Below are positions 27,713 through 64,000 of a stretch of DNA of 64,000 nucleotides, piece by piece; position 1 is the first letter of the stretch; every line of letters starts with the position of its first letter. A model generated the notes under the pieces. It searched no databases, had not been told where the DNA came from, and saw only the letters and a list, made by a program, of their open reading frames with translations. A program made the translations under genes and the position numbers. Source of the stretch: Paraspadella gotoi (lineage: Eukaryota; Animalia; Chaetognatha); the NCBI GenBank assembly GCA_051294375.1, contig CM119270.1, positions 14,916,046 through 14,980,045 on the forward strand, read 5' to 3'.

Positions 27713-29767
27713 TCAATGGTTTCACCCAAATTTGGGTCAATGTTCCCCAAAACAAAAAAAATTCTGATCGCCAATGACGATTGTACTTAAATCATCCTCA
27801 AGGAGAAGGGGAAATAAAAAAAGAAGCATTGACTCTTGAAGAGGAAAAGTTTTCCGTATGTACTTCCTTTATTGACGAGCCAATCGAAGGAAGAATTTAT
27901 ATATAAAACATATGGTAATTACATTCGACAACAAATATTTAGCCAATGGTCACGCGTTTCACATCATCTTGATATTAGGAGTAAAAAAAAAAAGGCTAAA
28001 GAGTTACCAAGGGAAAATTTCGGAGCTGCGTCTGGAACAAGCCATTTCGATACTTCAGGGCTAAACACTTGTCAACCCTTTTTAATTATTCACTCCCCAC
28101 AAAGACAGCCCACAACCACAGTCACCCACAAACCGACCGTCGACGAAGAGCTGTGGGTCGTCGCAAATCTCCCTCGGCCTCTTCCACACGACTTCCTCGT
28201 CGGGTTTCTTGGAGAAGAAGAGAGAGTCGTCGGTGGGAGTGAAGTAGGGATCTTCCCAGAGGACGTCTTCCTCCTTGCATCTCTCAACCACGTCGTCGTA
28301 ATCCTGGACGGGCATGCAGCCGTAGGACCGTCGCGCCATGGCTTTGTGTTTCCTGCCGGGGAAGTTGTGGGTGGGGAGTGGGTAAGTCTGGGTTTTACAC
28401 ATTTTATCATTAGATTTTCTAATTTAACCTTTGATCATATCTTGCAATGATTTAAGGATTTCATATTTCAACCGACCAACCAAACATTAAACTGGCCAAC
28501 CAACCGATGAAATAATCTATCAAACAACAAAGCTACCAATCAACCAACCACCAATTCATTAACCTACCAGTCAATCAACTAAATAATCCACCGATTAACC
28601 AACCAAACAATCAACCAATCACCCAATCCAACTCACCTCGTCGTCGCTCTCCTCTTCAACTTCTCCGCTCTGAGTTTAGCGCCGGCGACGACCGGTTCCG
28701 ACGTCGCCACGGACCCGACGATCGACGGCGTCCTCATCGGTGTCGACGGCGCTTTTTTGGGCGCCGCGGGAGACGACGGCGTCCGTAAAGATCGTCGCGC
28801 CGCTGGAGAAGAAGCCGGCGTTGTGGACTCCGGCGTCCCCACGGATCCATTCCTTTCGACGGTCGGCGTCGGAACCTCGAACGTACCCGGAAAGGAGGGC
28901 GTGGTCGGCGTCGGCGGCGGCGTTGGCGCGGCGCCGAACGGAGACCCCGGAACGCCGAGTCCGGCGCCGTCGCCACGATTCGACGACCCAACGGGATCCG
29001 ACGAAACCTGACGACGACAACGAAATGAGTCATCGCGGGTCGAGAATCTCAATAAAATGGGCGTGGCCTCGTCGTCGGCGTCGTGGTAGTCCGTGGTCGT
29101 AGTCGTTGGCGCGAACTTCTTCTTCGTCGAGACGCGCTTCTCGAACTCGAGAGAGATCTTGCGGCAGCGTTTCCGCAACGTCGTCTCCAGGTCGGCGTCG
29201 CGCAGCAACTTGCGCACGCTCGTCCCGATCGCGTCGACGTCCGGTTTTGAGGAGGAGGAGGTGGAAGGAGTGGAGGATGTGGTGGGGGTGGTTGTGGTGG
29301 TGGCGGTGGAGGAGGTGGTGGAGGAGGAATCGAGACTCTGGACCGCGCCATTGCCGGATGTCAATGTTTGCTTAGTTTTGGTAAATTAATTGTTTATTTA
29401 TTTATTAACAATTTAAGGCATATTTCGAAACGATCCTTAATAGGAATTTTTTAATGATAAATCTATTACCTAACCCTGCGTATGTCTAATAATTATAAAG
29501 TTTATTATCCTAATGACTAAAAAGCCAATTTAATAATCGATTAACAGATTCGAAATGGCGCGGTACCGCGGAAGCGGCGTCGGGGAAAAAATCGACGGCG
29601 CTCAAGGCGCCGTTGGTGGCGTCTTCGCCCGCGCTGGCGTCTTTGGAAGAGCGCCGCGAGCGCTCGTCGATCGATGGGCGTGGCGACGGCGACGACGAGG
29701 GCGTCGACGACAAAGAATCGACGACCGAAAGGTCTTTGGACGGACGCCACTTACGGGAGAAGGTCAT
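20523..29767 (-). CDS. Classical calpain (CysPc + CBSW/C2-like + penta-EF-hand) with long N-terminal and linker insertions
   Basis: Approx. exons 29767-29546, 29370-28637, ~28352-28139 ([20 protein letters not shown]), ~26715-26633 ([10 protein letters not shown], catalytic Cys), ~26431-26328 ([11 protein letters not shown]), ~26084-25950 ([23 protein letters not shown]), ~25659-25454 ([16 protein letters not shown], His), ~25024-24912 ([15 protein letters not shown], Asn), ~24553-24421 ([12 protein letters not shown]), ~24018-23807 (AGGCKNF..FWTNPQY), ~22918-22690, ~22257-22107 ([25 protein letters not shown]), linker exons, ~21056-20949 and ~20706-20523 (EF hands). Splice phases checked at several junctions. 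Confidence 0.92.
24100..24480 (-). repeat. Two extra partial copies of the 3' end (with donor site) of a calpain exon, separated by (CT)n
   Basis: CACCTAG(G)AGTGACGAGTT(C)CAAGATGGTGAAATGTCTGA.. at ~24100, ~24270 and ~24419. Confidence 0.85.
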
Positions 29768-29857
<90 letters not shown>

Positions 29858-32800
29858 TGAGACGAAAAGGTAAAAGTCACAGTAGAAAGTGTAGAAAAAT
29901 TTAAGGTTCAAATTCTGAAATGAATAATTAATTTTTGTTTTTTTTAGCAGTGATTTTTTTTCGCCAAAAAATTTGAATTTGACTAAAATTTTATTTTTCA
30001 CTTGGAGAAAAAAAAGGAAAGAGAGAAAGAGAGAGAGAGAGAGAGAGAAGAAGAGAGAGGAGAGAGAGAGAGAGAGAGAGAGAAGAGAGACAGAAGAGAG
30101 AGAGAGAGAAATGTTTGAGGAGCTTTTTCGTGAAAGACAGAAATACTCGAAGATATTTGAGTAAAGGAGTGGGGAAGAGGGGATCTTAGCGAGGAGAAAG
30201 AGAAAAGAAGTAGAAAGGGAGAGAGAGCAGAGAGAGGAAGAGAGAGAAGAGAGAGAGGAGAGAGAGAGAGAGAGAGAGATTATTTTCTAGATCTGGTAAA
30301 AAACTTTTGCGTAAGACAAAACTTTCAATTTTTAAAAAAATTAAAAATAGAGTATAATACCTTTAGATAATTTATAATTTTTGAGGTTTTTTTGTTTACT
30401 ATTTCAATATTTATATCCAATTGGAGCCGCACGATTTTTTTCTCATTTTCATCATCAAATATATTTTTACACGAGAGAAAGGTGTCAACGAAGAAGCCTA
30501 TGCTGATGGATGCCACTGATGCCGCCTCGTGACGTTGAAATGTCTTGAAGTTAAACCGAAACATTTCCGAACCGAAAACTAATAATCAAACTTGATTTCG
30601 CATCAAAATTCGAACTTCGAACCTTTGAAAAAACATTGACTCTGGTCTTTGAGTGCAGGGAAAAGCGGAATTTTTTTAAAATTTATCAACGCGTGAATGT
30701 GAAAAAATTACATTATTGTTCAAATAAATTAATTGCTTTTTCTTTATTAAAAATCATTATCCGATTGATGAATAAAACTCTCATTATGTACTTTAAAATG
30801 AATTCAATTATTTATTTTTTTTTAAATTAATTATTATTAAGAGTTTAAAATCGTACGAACTTGTTGCTGACTGACGAGAAAAAGACTAAAAAAGGAATAA
30901 AAAATCTCAGCGATGAGCAGCGATTGAGCTTTTTAGATATCGACACGACACACCTGGTTTCGGTTCCATTGAAAAAAAAGCTAATCAGATAAAAAACAAA
31001 TAGCCCTTCAAGCTTCAACCAAAAACAAATGCCTTATAATGAAATTTTTTACCAAAGGAATAACAATTCTTTCGAAGCATATTTACAGTCATATACTTAA
31101 ATATTAAGCATATAAATATAAATTATATATAAATATATATATAAATTATTATAAATTATTATAAATGCTTATATCAGTATTTTTGTTATAGTTCAATTCT
31201 GAATAATATAATAATATATTTATAACATATACACTGCTCATAACAAAAAATATCGATATAAAGCCTATTTCAAGGATTTGTTTTTCAAACTTAATACTGA
31301 ATCGAACAAAATAAATCCGATTTTAGAAAAAAAAAATTCACATTGTGATTTCTATTTTTTGTTGGATCTACTGTATTTACAGTCTCCCTTATCTTGTTGA
31401 CTCGTTATAAAAAATCTTTTCTCTTACCATGTTTTCTCACGGTTGGTCTCTTAGGAAATATGTTGGATGAATCACATTCGGTGAACAAAACCCGAGACGC
31501 GTCACATCCTATGAACGAATTGAATGAATAAGATCACAATCGACTGAACGATTCTATTTCCTATTTAAGACAATGACATAATCTCTCATTTGAAAATTCG
31601 TCATCGGGTCACGAAAGAAAATCTTAATTAGACGATTATCCGTTCTTTCATTACTCTCACAAAAAATATATATATCGATAAGTGAGAATTATTACGGACT
31701 TATTCATAGTTACGACCTTCCGCGACACTCCCTCCAGCTACTTTCCGGAAAGTAGTAATTACTACAACGAGAATATAATTTTTTAATAGTAGTAGAGAAA
31801 CCGACAAGTTAATTCGAGGTCATTGTAACTATCGAATAGCGACTATTTATAAGCGAATGTTTTTTTTTACCTTCGAATGTTTTGAGTTTTCAAATCCAGA
31901 AGTTTACGTTTTTCGGAACCTCCCTACTTTTTTTAGGCTCTTTTGTAATTCGAGTAGAAAGTCGTCGAATCATGAGAAAACTCGAAAGGGATTCTAAACA
32001 GATGATGTTTTCGGAATGTTTGTTTTTTTCCCCGATTCATGATTGGCGCATTTTAGGGTTCAGATTCGGGTTTTGTATATCAGTATTTTCCGCAAATCAC
32101 AAGGCAAGTTCATCGAAGCTGAAGATGGAGAAAAAGAACGCCGAAAATAAAGACCCACAAGAAAAAAAGGGAATCGCGGTTTCTTCTTCCTACTTTATTT
32201 GTTTTTATTTATTGTTTTTCTTTTTTTTTGTCATTTTTGTTAATACATGCGGAGCTCTGATCCGTTTGTTTGCTAATCCCTTCCCCGCGAAAGAGAAAGA
32301 AAAAATATAAAACAAACAATCTTTCCTTTTTTTTTTTACGACTGTTTTTTCCGACTTAGCGGAGAGATACGGAGGAAACTCGTAACGAGGTCACTTGTCG
32401 GCTACAAAATTTCAGCCGCTGCGCTACCAGCTTTTAAAACTATGCCGACTTTTGTCTCTACAACAATTAAACTACTATTTGTATCTATTTAAGTATGAAT
32501 TATGAAGAGTTGGAGGCTCGTTGGGGAGACGTCCCCCTTTTAGCGACACTTCAATAAATTAGTTGTACCTCACTACGCTCTGTGTATCGTCGTTCGAATT
32601 TGTAAACACTTTTTTATTACAGGAATAAAGATAACAAGAACGATAAGCTCAATGACTTTATGTATCTACAGGTTATATCGTAATAAGGACCATCGAAATA
32701 TCAATTTAAATTTTTTAACTAATAATTATACCAATAATTATATGTATTACTAGTCTCAGATCCGGGCGTCAAGACTCTCCCTGTACTTTAAATTCATCCG

Positions 32801-33719
32801 AAAAGAGATCAGGCGCTGACAATTTTATTCCTCTTGACACGCTGTCTTATTAACAGGTGACTCATTCATCGCCAAGACTTTTACCTTCCAATAAAAGTTA
32901 TTAGCCTCTTATATCTGCATTGGCAACTATAAAATTGAGAGGAAGAGACTCCGGATGTAAACAATTTGTTGTTTGATATGTCACTTTGATTGATTCATTT
33001 TTTTTACGAATTTTTTCTACTCTGCTGGTGGCCCCGTTTTTTTTTATGTTCTGATTACAGCTATCGCTTTTTTACAGTAGCGAAAAGTGACTCTTTGACG
33101 ACAATGTAACTTCACAAGGAAATATCAACTTGACATCTGTTTTATTATTCAATTATTTGGATTTTAAATTTACGTTAAGTTTTTCTTTGTTTTGCTAATT
33201 AGTATTTAAACTAAAGAAAAGCTTAACGAAGACTAAAGATTAAAGAAAAATAATTGAACAAAAACGCCGTGAAAAAAAATTTACAGAATCACACACAGTT
33301 TTTATAAACGATAAGAAATATTAGACTTCTCTGAACTCGACAGCAAGTTTCTCTTTAACATAGTCAAATCTTTATATTATCATTAATCGTTAATATTATA
33401 TTTATTTTGCTGCGCTGCAGTCGAGATTAGAAAAGCTCAGTAATCCTAGTACTAAAACACAGAAATTCATTGAGCAAAGAACATGTATTGAAAAATTTAA
33501 AAACCGCTAAAATAATTTAGGACCTGGTACGGAATAGACCTAGTACGAACGATAAAACAAGAAAAACATCGACAACAACAAAAAATAATAACAAAAACAA
33601 AAAAAACAAAAAAACAGTGAACAAAGATCGGCGTCGGACGAAACCTGAGAAAAAGAAGAGTTGGTCACGTGACGTTGCTTGTCGGGTCTGGATTCGGAGG
33701 GGAGTTGCCACTGGGGATT

Positions 33720-56627
<22,908 letters not shown>

Positions 56628-58614
56628 GCGAGGCGCGTGAGATGAAGAGTCGGCGGTAAAGCGGGTGTTGTTTTAACGGCGGAGGTGGAGTAAGCGCGAT
56701 GAGGATGGACTAAATCGATGTCGGGCGGACGCATGACGACGATTTTAAAGAATTGACGTAGCTTTTAACTCGTTTACTATTTCTCTTTGACGGAGGCGAA
56801 CGTATTTCGATTTGGACGGGGTTTCTTTTTTCGATCTTCTTCTTTTTTGAGCTTAAATCTATTTCGTTTTGTGCGAAATAAAAACTGGGATGATATCGAC
56901 GACGATTAATTTCTTTGTTTTTCTCGTTGAGGTCGCAGAGGAGAGAGGGAAAAGTTCAATTATCTCGAACCGCAATAGTTTTTTTTTTTCTTTTTACTTC
57001 TCTCAGCGGTAAAGGTTAATGCATGATAGACGGTAGAGGGAGCGAGAGAAAGAATAAGCGAACCCCGGACAATTGAAAAGGACTTCACGACGACAAAAAG
57101 TTAGCGGATCGAGCCCTCATTAGCTTAATACGGTGCGTAGAAGAAATGGATATTTTTTTTTAAGGGCGAAAAGTTTTTTTGCGTGCGCAGAGGCGGGACG
57201 GTAAAGAGACGAACTTGACAAACGGAGTCCGCCACGGAGTTTTCATCCAGATAAACGGCGAAAGAGAGAGATGCTTCGAAAACGAGGAGCGAGAAGAGAG
57301 CGAGTCGCTCTAAGAAAAGATTCGCATAAATTGGACCGTAATCTAATTTGAGACATGATACTCGTCGAACGGGAAAAATCGCCAAAACTGAGAAAAACTG
57401 AGTTAGATTTTTTTTTTCTAGCGAACAAATTTCCTTTCTACTTTTTTATTTCGGATGGTCTAAAGTAAACATGGCATCGATACTCGTCGATATAAATTCC
57501 CGGCGAGAAAAATCTTTGAGACTAACTTTTTCTTTTTTTCATTTTTTCATTTTTTCGTCCTTTCTTTTATTTTACATTTCGTGTCGGCATGAGTTGAGAA
57601 GCTGACAGGCGACCGGGTTCTGAAGCCAAAGATCAAATCGGACATCTTTCGCAGCCAATAATTACTATTTAGGATTTATTAACTCGCAGGCGCTGTGCGA
57701 AATCCGTTCGATAATGGAAGAGAAAATAACCGTAAAATAAATAAAATGAATTAATAAATAGATAAAATAGCCGTAGTCGAATTCGTTTAGAATTACTCAA
57801 ATTTATGGTTTTTCCACTGTCTAGCTTATTTTTTTCATCCCTGACTCGATTGTCTTAAAAAGAAATGAAATAAAAACTTATAGTTTTAATTACGTTTTTT
57901 TTTCTGATCAGTACATAAAAAAGCGTTACCTTAATTTAAACTCGAAGTAAAAAAAAAAACAAAAGGTTCAAGCATGGACACTGGCAGCGACAAGTAGTTG
58001 CCAGCTTACTCTGCCTTACCCGGAGGAGAGAAAGAACAATGCCACGAGGATGCTTGAGAATAAAAATTAGAGGCCGAAGTTCTAGGCGGAGAGGGAAGGA
58101 TTTTTTCGAGACGCAATAACACGACGACGACGACAAAAAAAAGAGGCTTCTATGGCGGAGAAAACTAATGTATTTTATCATGATAGTAAAAATTTAATCT
58201 GTTACGTTGACGTATTTGCCTTTAATATTAGCAGAGACGAATTATAAAAACGTATTAAACTCGGGGGGGGGGAACTGATTGAATTAAAAAACGCCAATAT
58301 TTAAAAAAAATGGCGCAAAGTTGCAGCGTTCATTTGGGCGCGTAGTTAAAAAATAAAAAAGGGATAACAAGTCAGATGAGATACAGATATATCACAGCGT
58401 CTGGAAACTAACAAAAAAGAGTGCTAGGCCAAAAAAGTTTCTTTTTCCTCGGATGATTTGGACTTTTTTTGAAAAAAAGGTCTTAAGTGGGGACGCGACA
58501 TTCCGGATCTGTAGTCGGGAGAGAAAAACGCCGCGAATCGGACGACGAAATCGAGAATCCGACAATCCGACAAGGCGGACGTCAATCTTAGGCCGAAAAA
58601 GATGAATCGCTCAT

Positions 58615-60545
58615 TCATGCCAACACTTTTTGGATAACTAGTTTTGGATTCGGATAGCATGTTGGCGCAAGGCCTGTGAAATAGAATATTAATTTATTTT
58701 TCAAATTTTCTTTTATTACAAAATCCGCATTTATCACGGGACGAAGTTTCCGAACCTGAAAGTGTTCCCAGAAGAGTTCAGTGTTACGAGAATGGCACGC
58801 ATCCGCGCATGCAATGGGTCGTTCCACTGGATCACCTTCGGGGCAAGGTCTCCGCCATGATGAGCCCAAACGGGGCAAGTTGCCATGTTGCGCGCAAGCC
58901 ACAGGTTGTTAGTTCGATCTAAAAAAAAATGAATCTCAAAAAACCACAGCATAACCTAAAATAAAACTGAATCTTCATTTGAAAACTGACCAATTCGCAA
59001 AAGTATCCGTAGATGTGTGTTAGCTTCCTCGTCGTCTTCCCAGACTGGAAGCCACGACAGCCAATGAGGTATCATCTCCGTCAAGTTAGTCGCCGCTGGC
59101 CGATGCTTCATTATCTAAACAGATGAGGGGTGGAGTTATTGACTGTCAAGACCAAACGGATCCCGATTATTTTTAATAAAACTTATTTTTTTACCTTTGT
59201 GACCGCAGAAATGCAGTTTCCGTGGGGGTTGATGTTAACCTGTTCGCTGCCTCCGGGTCGGTGATCACCGCCGACCAGGAGCGGGAGGGATTGTCGAAAT
59301 GAACTCGAGGTAGGCGTCGCCGCAGAATTCGCCATCACGCCGACGCCGTACACGCCGCGTTGTCGGACCTAAGGAAGAAACAAAAAATTATTAAAATGAT
59401 CACATCACATATTTGTTTGTGTCACAAAAGTTTGAAAGTTACAAGCCAATTTTCATTATCACTTCTCCCACCTCGGCTTTTGTCCACGACGCCATTATAG
59501 GAGGGCTGGGAACGAAGTATCCTGATATTTTGAAGGAAGGCGAACCTCAACTCCATGAGATCGTCGAAAACGCAGAGGCCCCACTGCCGGTGCGGACCAG
59601 TTCCGTTCCGGGGCGAGTAGCTTGACGAAAGTGGGAAGCAGGCGTCGAAGACTGAAAGAGGATTCTCTGAGGGAATAAAGGTAAAAAGAGAAAAGGGATT
59701 TCTTAAACATTTTTTTAAAAAATGGAAAAGACAAAAATGTTTACTACAGCTAAAAAAATTCAATCAAGATGAAGCCATAGAACTGGAAGACTATTTTTTC
59801 TGAAAGAAAACAAAGCAAACAAATAATTACGGGAATGTTGCAAAAAGTTCCTATGTTAACAATAAATGCAAAACAAAAAGGGAAAATGGAAGAAGAGATC
59901 AGTGGAGAAAGTCAAGCAATTCCATCACATGAAGGGGCAACTCAATCACTGGATCTGCTCGCTTCCCGAAGGCAGACAGAAAGTCTCTCAAAGAAGACAA
60001 TTAAACAAAGCAATGAACTATAATGCCCGAAAAAATCACCAATCACGAGAAAAAATTAAACCAAATTTACCCGTAAAACGAGAAAAGCGCGTGCATGACG
60101 TCGGCGACTTTGAGAGGACGTAGACGTCCTCGTCCTTCGTCTACGAGCGTGCTCCTCCACCTCCGTCGCATAATCCTCGTCCGTGCGCCGAGTCTGTCGG
60201 CTCAGCCTCCCGCTCCAGGTGCTCATCTACAGTCTTCTTGATAACCTGAAAAACAGAGGCGGGATGGATATGACGCTCTTGCAAACCTACCCACAGCACC
60301 CATAGTCCCAAAACTGAATTGGGAATTTATGACCAAAAAACATTAAAAAGATTCATAAGAAACCATAAAAATTACCTTGACCAAACTCGTTCATTTGTCC
60401 TGGGTGAGCATCCCGTTCCAAGCAGCTCGATGCACTTGGCGACGAGTGAGCTCTTCTCCAGAACGTCGTTGTTATGCTCCGTGTCGATCGCTTTCAAAAG
60501 TTCCACCACCACGTAGGACCACACTTCCGTGATGAACGCTTCTCC
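58615..60545 (-). CDS. IPO5: Importin-5 (karyopherin beta-3), C-terminal exons only, many frameshifts
   Basis: Approx. exons 60545-60377 ([23 protein letters not shown]), 60245-60072 (DEDY..DVYVLSKVADVMH), 59667-59477 ([10 protein letters not shown]), 59369-59195 ([18 protein letters not shown]), 59118-58991 ([16 protein letters not shown]), 58918-58756, 58674-58615; order and motifs match the IPO5 C-terminal HEAT repeats. Confidence 0.85.
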
Positions 60546-60783
60546 CTAGGAAATAGCAAGGGGTAAATTAACTTTCAAAAATAAACAAAATTTTTTTTGA
60601 GAAAAGCGAAAAAGTTCGTCCTGCCGGAGCGTTCGATCATAACATCATGTCGACATACAAGGACGTTTACGAATGTCTATAATCTGTAATTAGTTTAGAT
60701 AAGGTATTTAAGGATTTATACAAAAATTGAACATTTAGAGGGGTGCTTGCAGAACGTCAACATTTATTCATGTCTCTCTCTTG

Positions 60784-63700
60784 AAAATATATGTGTTAAC
60801 CTCATAAATCGATGTTATTTTTCGATGACTCTCAAGCAATTATATCGGGCTTAAAATTAATCCTAATATTTCGAAAAATATTTNNNNNNNNNNATCGATG
60901 TTATTTTTCAACATTGTGTGTTCACATCACATATTCGATGACTCTCAAGCAATTATATCGGGCTTAAAAATAATCCTAATATTTCGAAAAATATTTTTTA
61001 TATGAACTAATTTAAGTTAGAAAATAATCAAAAAGGATTAGTTAAATTAGTAACATTATAACGTTAAGCGAGAAACGCAAAATTTCGCCCCAAACTTTGA
61101 TGATCATACTCACTACTACTACTCTCACTCACTCACTACTATACACACTACTCAGTTCATACTCATACTAAAGTATCATAGTGAAACAGACATACATATA
61201 TCCGAGAGTCAATAATTGCACAACGACAACCAAAGTTTATTTGGCAAAAGTTTATGTCCAACACCAGGTTAGAAAAGTTCGCAGTGGGGCGCCTTTAAAA
61301 TTAATTTAAACGCGGGAAGAATCATTACTGCTCTCTCCCCGGTGCTAATATTTTACAATCCTAATATTTCAACTTTTAACTATAACAGACAAAGTAATAC
61401 CCATTTAGCGATTGTGGGTGAGACAAAAAGAAAAAACAAGAACGGTAATTCCAACGAGTTGCGCCGGGGTGACTTTATTTTCATGTGTATTTCTCTTTGA
61501 TCATATGATATGACATGACATGACATAACTAAAAAACTTTCTTTGCCTGTGTATTTATGACATGCACTGCATCAAAATTCCATCTTTTATTCCTTATAAT
61601 TTTAAGATTTCCTGAAGGTGGCGCTAACAATTACTTAGATTTGAGGTTTTTTCTGTCTTAACAAATGAACAACCAACTATAAGCATATTAGGACAGACCG
61701 ACCGAAAAGTGACTTATAGAGTTGCTCCGCGAGTACTCGCGGCGCAACTAAAAACCTCCCGTTGGTGGCGAAAGATGACGTCAGATTAAAAGTCTCTTCT
61801 CCTTCTATCGCTGTTCCTCTTTAGTCTTTGTGTCTCCCTCTCTCTCTCATTTCTCCCTCTCGCTCGATCTCTCTCTACCTCGCGCTGGGAAATCAATTAA
61901 TACGAATTATTTATACAAATTAACGAATTATAAGGCGGCGAGATGTACGGAGAAAGATCGAGATGTGAATGATCGATCGTTAAAACAAAAGAACTTTAGA
62001 TGCGCGAATCTCCATACATGTTGATAAAAGTTTTATTCAAATGCAACTGAGGTGATTCAAAACAAACATTTTCAACAAACAATACAATTGTGTAAATGTG
62101 ATCTGCGTTTTAGTTTGCGTTCAGACTGTTGACAAAATTAAAAATCGTCTGACCATAATGATCTAGATAAGGTATCGTTTGATCAAAAATACGTAAAAAC
62201 ATGACATCGAAGCCAGAGGACAAAATTACAGGTGGCATAAGTAAGGATGACGAGTTTTGTTAATTATAATACTGCTTAATTATAACACTGCTTCCAAAAT
62301 ACCCACTTTCATATTCCATTATTCTCCATCTCCAATTCCGATAATAATGCAATACTATTCACTTTGTGACATTCCGAAGTATTTTTCTGTCACTTTTAGC
62401 GTCAATGTGATCGCTACTAACTACCAAATAACGTCTCCAATGACAGGTGTCAGATGATGAGAGGATACCCCAGTCAGATGTTGTTCAAACTGATGAACGA
62501 ACCGAACGACCGACCGTTTGAAAAAACTTTTTATATCGAATTACGGCTGCGGCCGTGAATAAATATTTTGAGACGTTTGTTACGTTATCGGAGATATCAA
62601 GAACAATTAATTTTAATTAGTGATGGCCAAATTTATTTCGGTTAGATTAAGTTTCGAAAATTTTATCTTGTAATGAAATGTTAATGTCTGAATCTGATTA
62701 TAAAATTTTACCGTTTAAGATCAATGAAGACACCAACGGCTTTGGATTGCTTTTTAATTTTTACCATCTCACTCGCTGAGCAACTCAGGTGGGTTCTCAA
62801 GACCTTCTGGGTGGGAGCCAGCTGGTCGGATAAAATGGTGAATTGTCGTTGTTGTTGCCCTCGATAATCATTGGAGAAAGAAAACGGAGTTGGTCATTAG
62901 GTTAAAAGGCTCTCCGAATTCAAGATCAAAGTCATCACTAATTTAGGGTTAAATGACGTCACTGCATTGATAATTGGTTGCCAATTCAAAGAATTACCCT
63001 TGCGTCATGCATAATGACATCACTGCGTGTAAAAATAAAGTCGCGACGCATCAGGAGAAGCGACTTTGGCAACCGAAAAAAAAAAAATTCATCGCAATAA
63101 TTATCTAATTTAACTCGAATAATGTTAAATTGTTTTAAAAACAGCGCGATCGTTTTACGAACTCCCGCATCGAAACAGGACATTCCAAACCGAGCCCGTC
63201 TATTGCTGGGTTCGAGGACGCCCAGTTGGAGCAACCGATTGGCCGGCCGATAAGCATCCGCGAAGTCTTTCGTTCGATTCCCGCAGACAAATTTCGTTTT
63301 TCTTAACGGGGAATTTAGACTTAATTGTCCTTCGATAGCGCAAGCGCACGAAGAGAGAAAATTACGCACACGCGAGGCTCTGATGGTAATCAAACTTTGT
63401 GGCCAAACATGGAAAAGTCGAGAACAATGACTAATTCTGACTCATAATCGGGGGGGAAAAAAAACCCCCCCCAAGGCTGATGGGAAGGAAAAGTGCAAGC
63501 CTCAAACCATCTAAAAAGAATTACTCTTAGTCTTAATAAGAAAATTTGTCATGTTGATGTTAAAGTTAAACCTATATTTACGTTTTCTGCTCCCCTCAAC
63601 TTCATATCCGTAGTCATCTTTTATCTCGCTGAAATGAACTGCAATTACATTTTAAATTCTACAAATTCCTAACCATGAACTAACCATGAACTAACCAAAC

Positions 63701-64000
63701 ACCTCACCTGAATCCCGTCCTCCCTGAGTACGGCGCAGGCTTGGTTCGGCCCGTCCGTGTGGACCGGAAACATCCCGCCCACGACGACGTCCCCTTGGAC
63801 GCGCGCCACTCGCGAGGTCGTCGCCCAACACGGACCAAGGGCGAACGTGCAGAGGACGAAGTAAAGTATTAACGAACGCGGTACGAACGGTCGAAGGGCG
63901 ACGAACCGAGAGCGAGACAATCGGCGGCGACAGTCTCGAAGCTGAGATTGCCGCCCGTGAAGCGGTTGGTAGAAAATGCGCGAAAATATCCACAATTGGC
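60784..64000. repeat. Near-identical second copy of ~53455-56520 (GPCR intron 1 and exon 1), running off the window; probably an assembly artefact
   Basis: Colinear match differing mainly by 1-nt indels; both copies start next to N gaps (53354-53378, 60884-60893). Confidence 0.9.
63708..63995 (-). CDS. Duplicate copy of GPCR exon 1 (signal peptide, GDVVVGGMFPVH..DGIQ)
   Basis: ORF 63669-63995(-); same donor CAG|GTGAG as at 56228. Confidence 0.7.

Noticed and set aside
30200-33500. Possible gene in the calpain-GPCR interval (e.g. ORF 31882-32310)
   Set aside because: AT-rich, no recognisable motif or exon chain; treated as intergenic.
58615-60545. Pseudogene or programmed frameshifting explanations for frameshifts in IPO5, ASB, GPCR and SPAG16
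   Set aside because: Indels cluster in low-quality regions and differ between duplicate copies, as expected for long-read consensus error.

Overview
Intron-rich but compact animal (invertebrate-type) genomic DNA with GC/CpG-rich exons, AT-rich introns and dense (AG/CT)n microsatellites; the species cannot be determined from sequence. Manually spliced genes: SPAG16/PF20 (-, runs off window start); a class III eIF4E (eIF4E3, +, ~6032-19400) that appears to carry a ~290-aa RRxS-rich N-terminal arm and a ~320-aa Pro-rich C-terminal tail with PPPGF motifs; an ankyrin-repeat/SOCS-box gene (-) nested in the long eIF4E3 intron, with a split SOCS box; a classical calpain (-) with long insertions; an mGluR-like class C GPCR (-) in which the glutamate-specific Arg78 equivalent is Phe; a 7-exon low-complexity gene (+) nested in a GPCR intron; and the 3' part of importin-5 (-). 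Repeats include a TRIM-like element with a solo LTR-like copy, Helentron/DINE-like remnants and several minisatellites. The assembly is locally error-prone (many 1-nt indels, N gaps, two near-identical block duplications that are probably artefacts), so exon boundaries and frameshifts need read/RNA confirmation. All family assignments are from recalled sequence motifs, not database searches.
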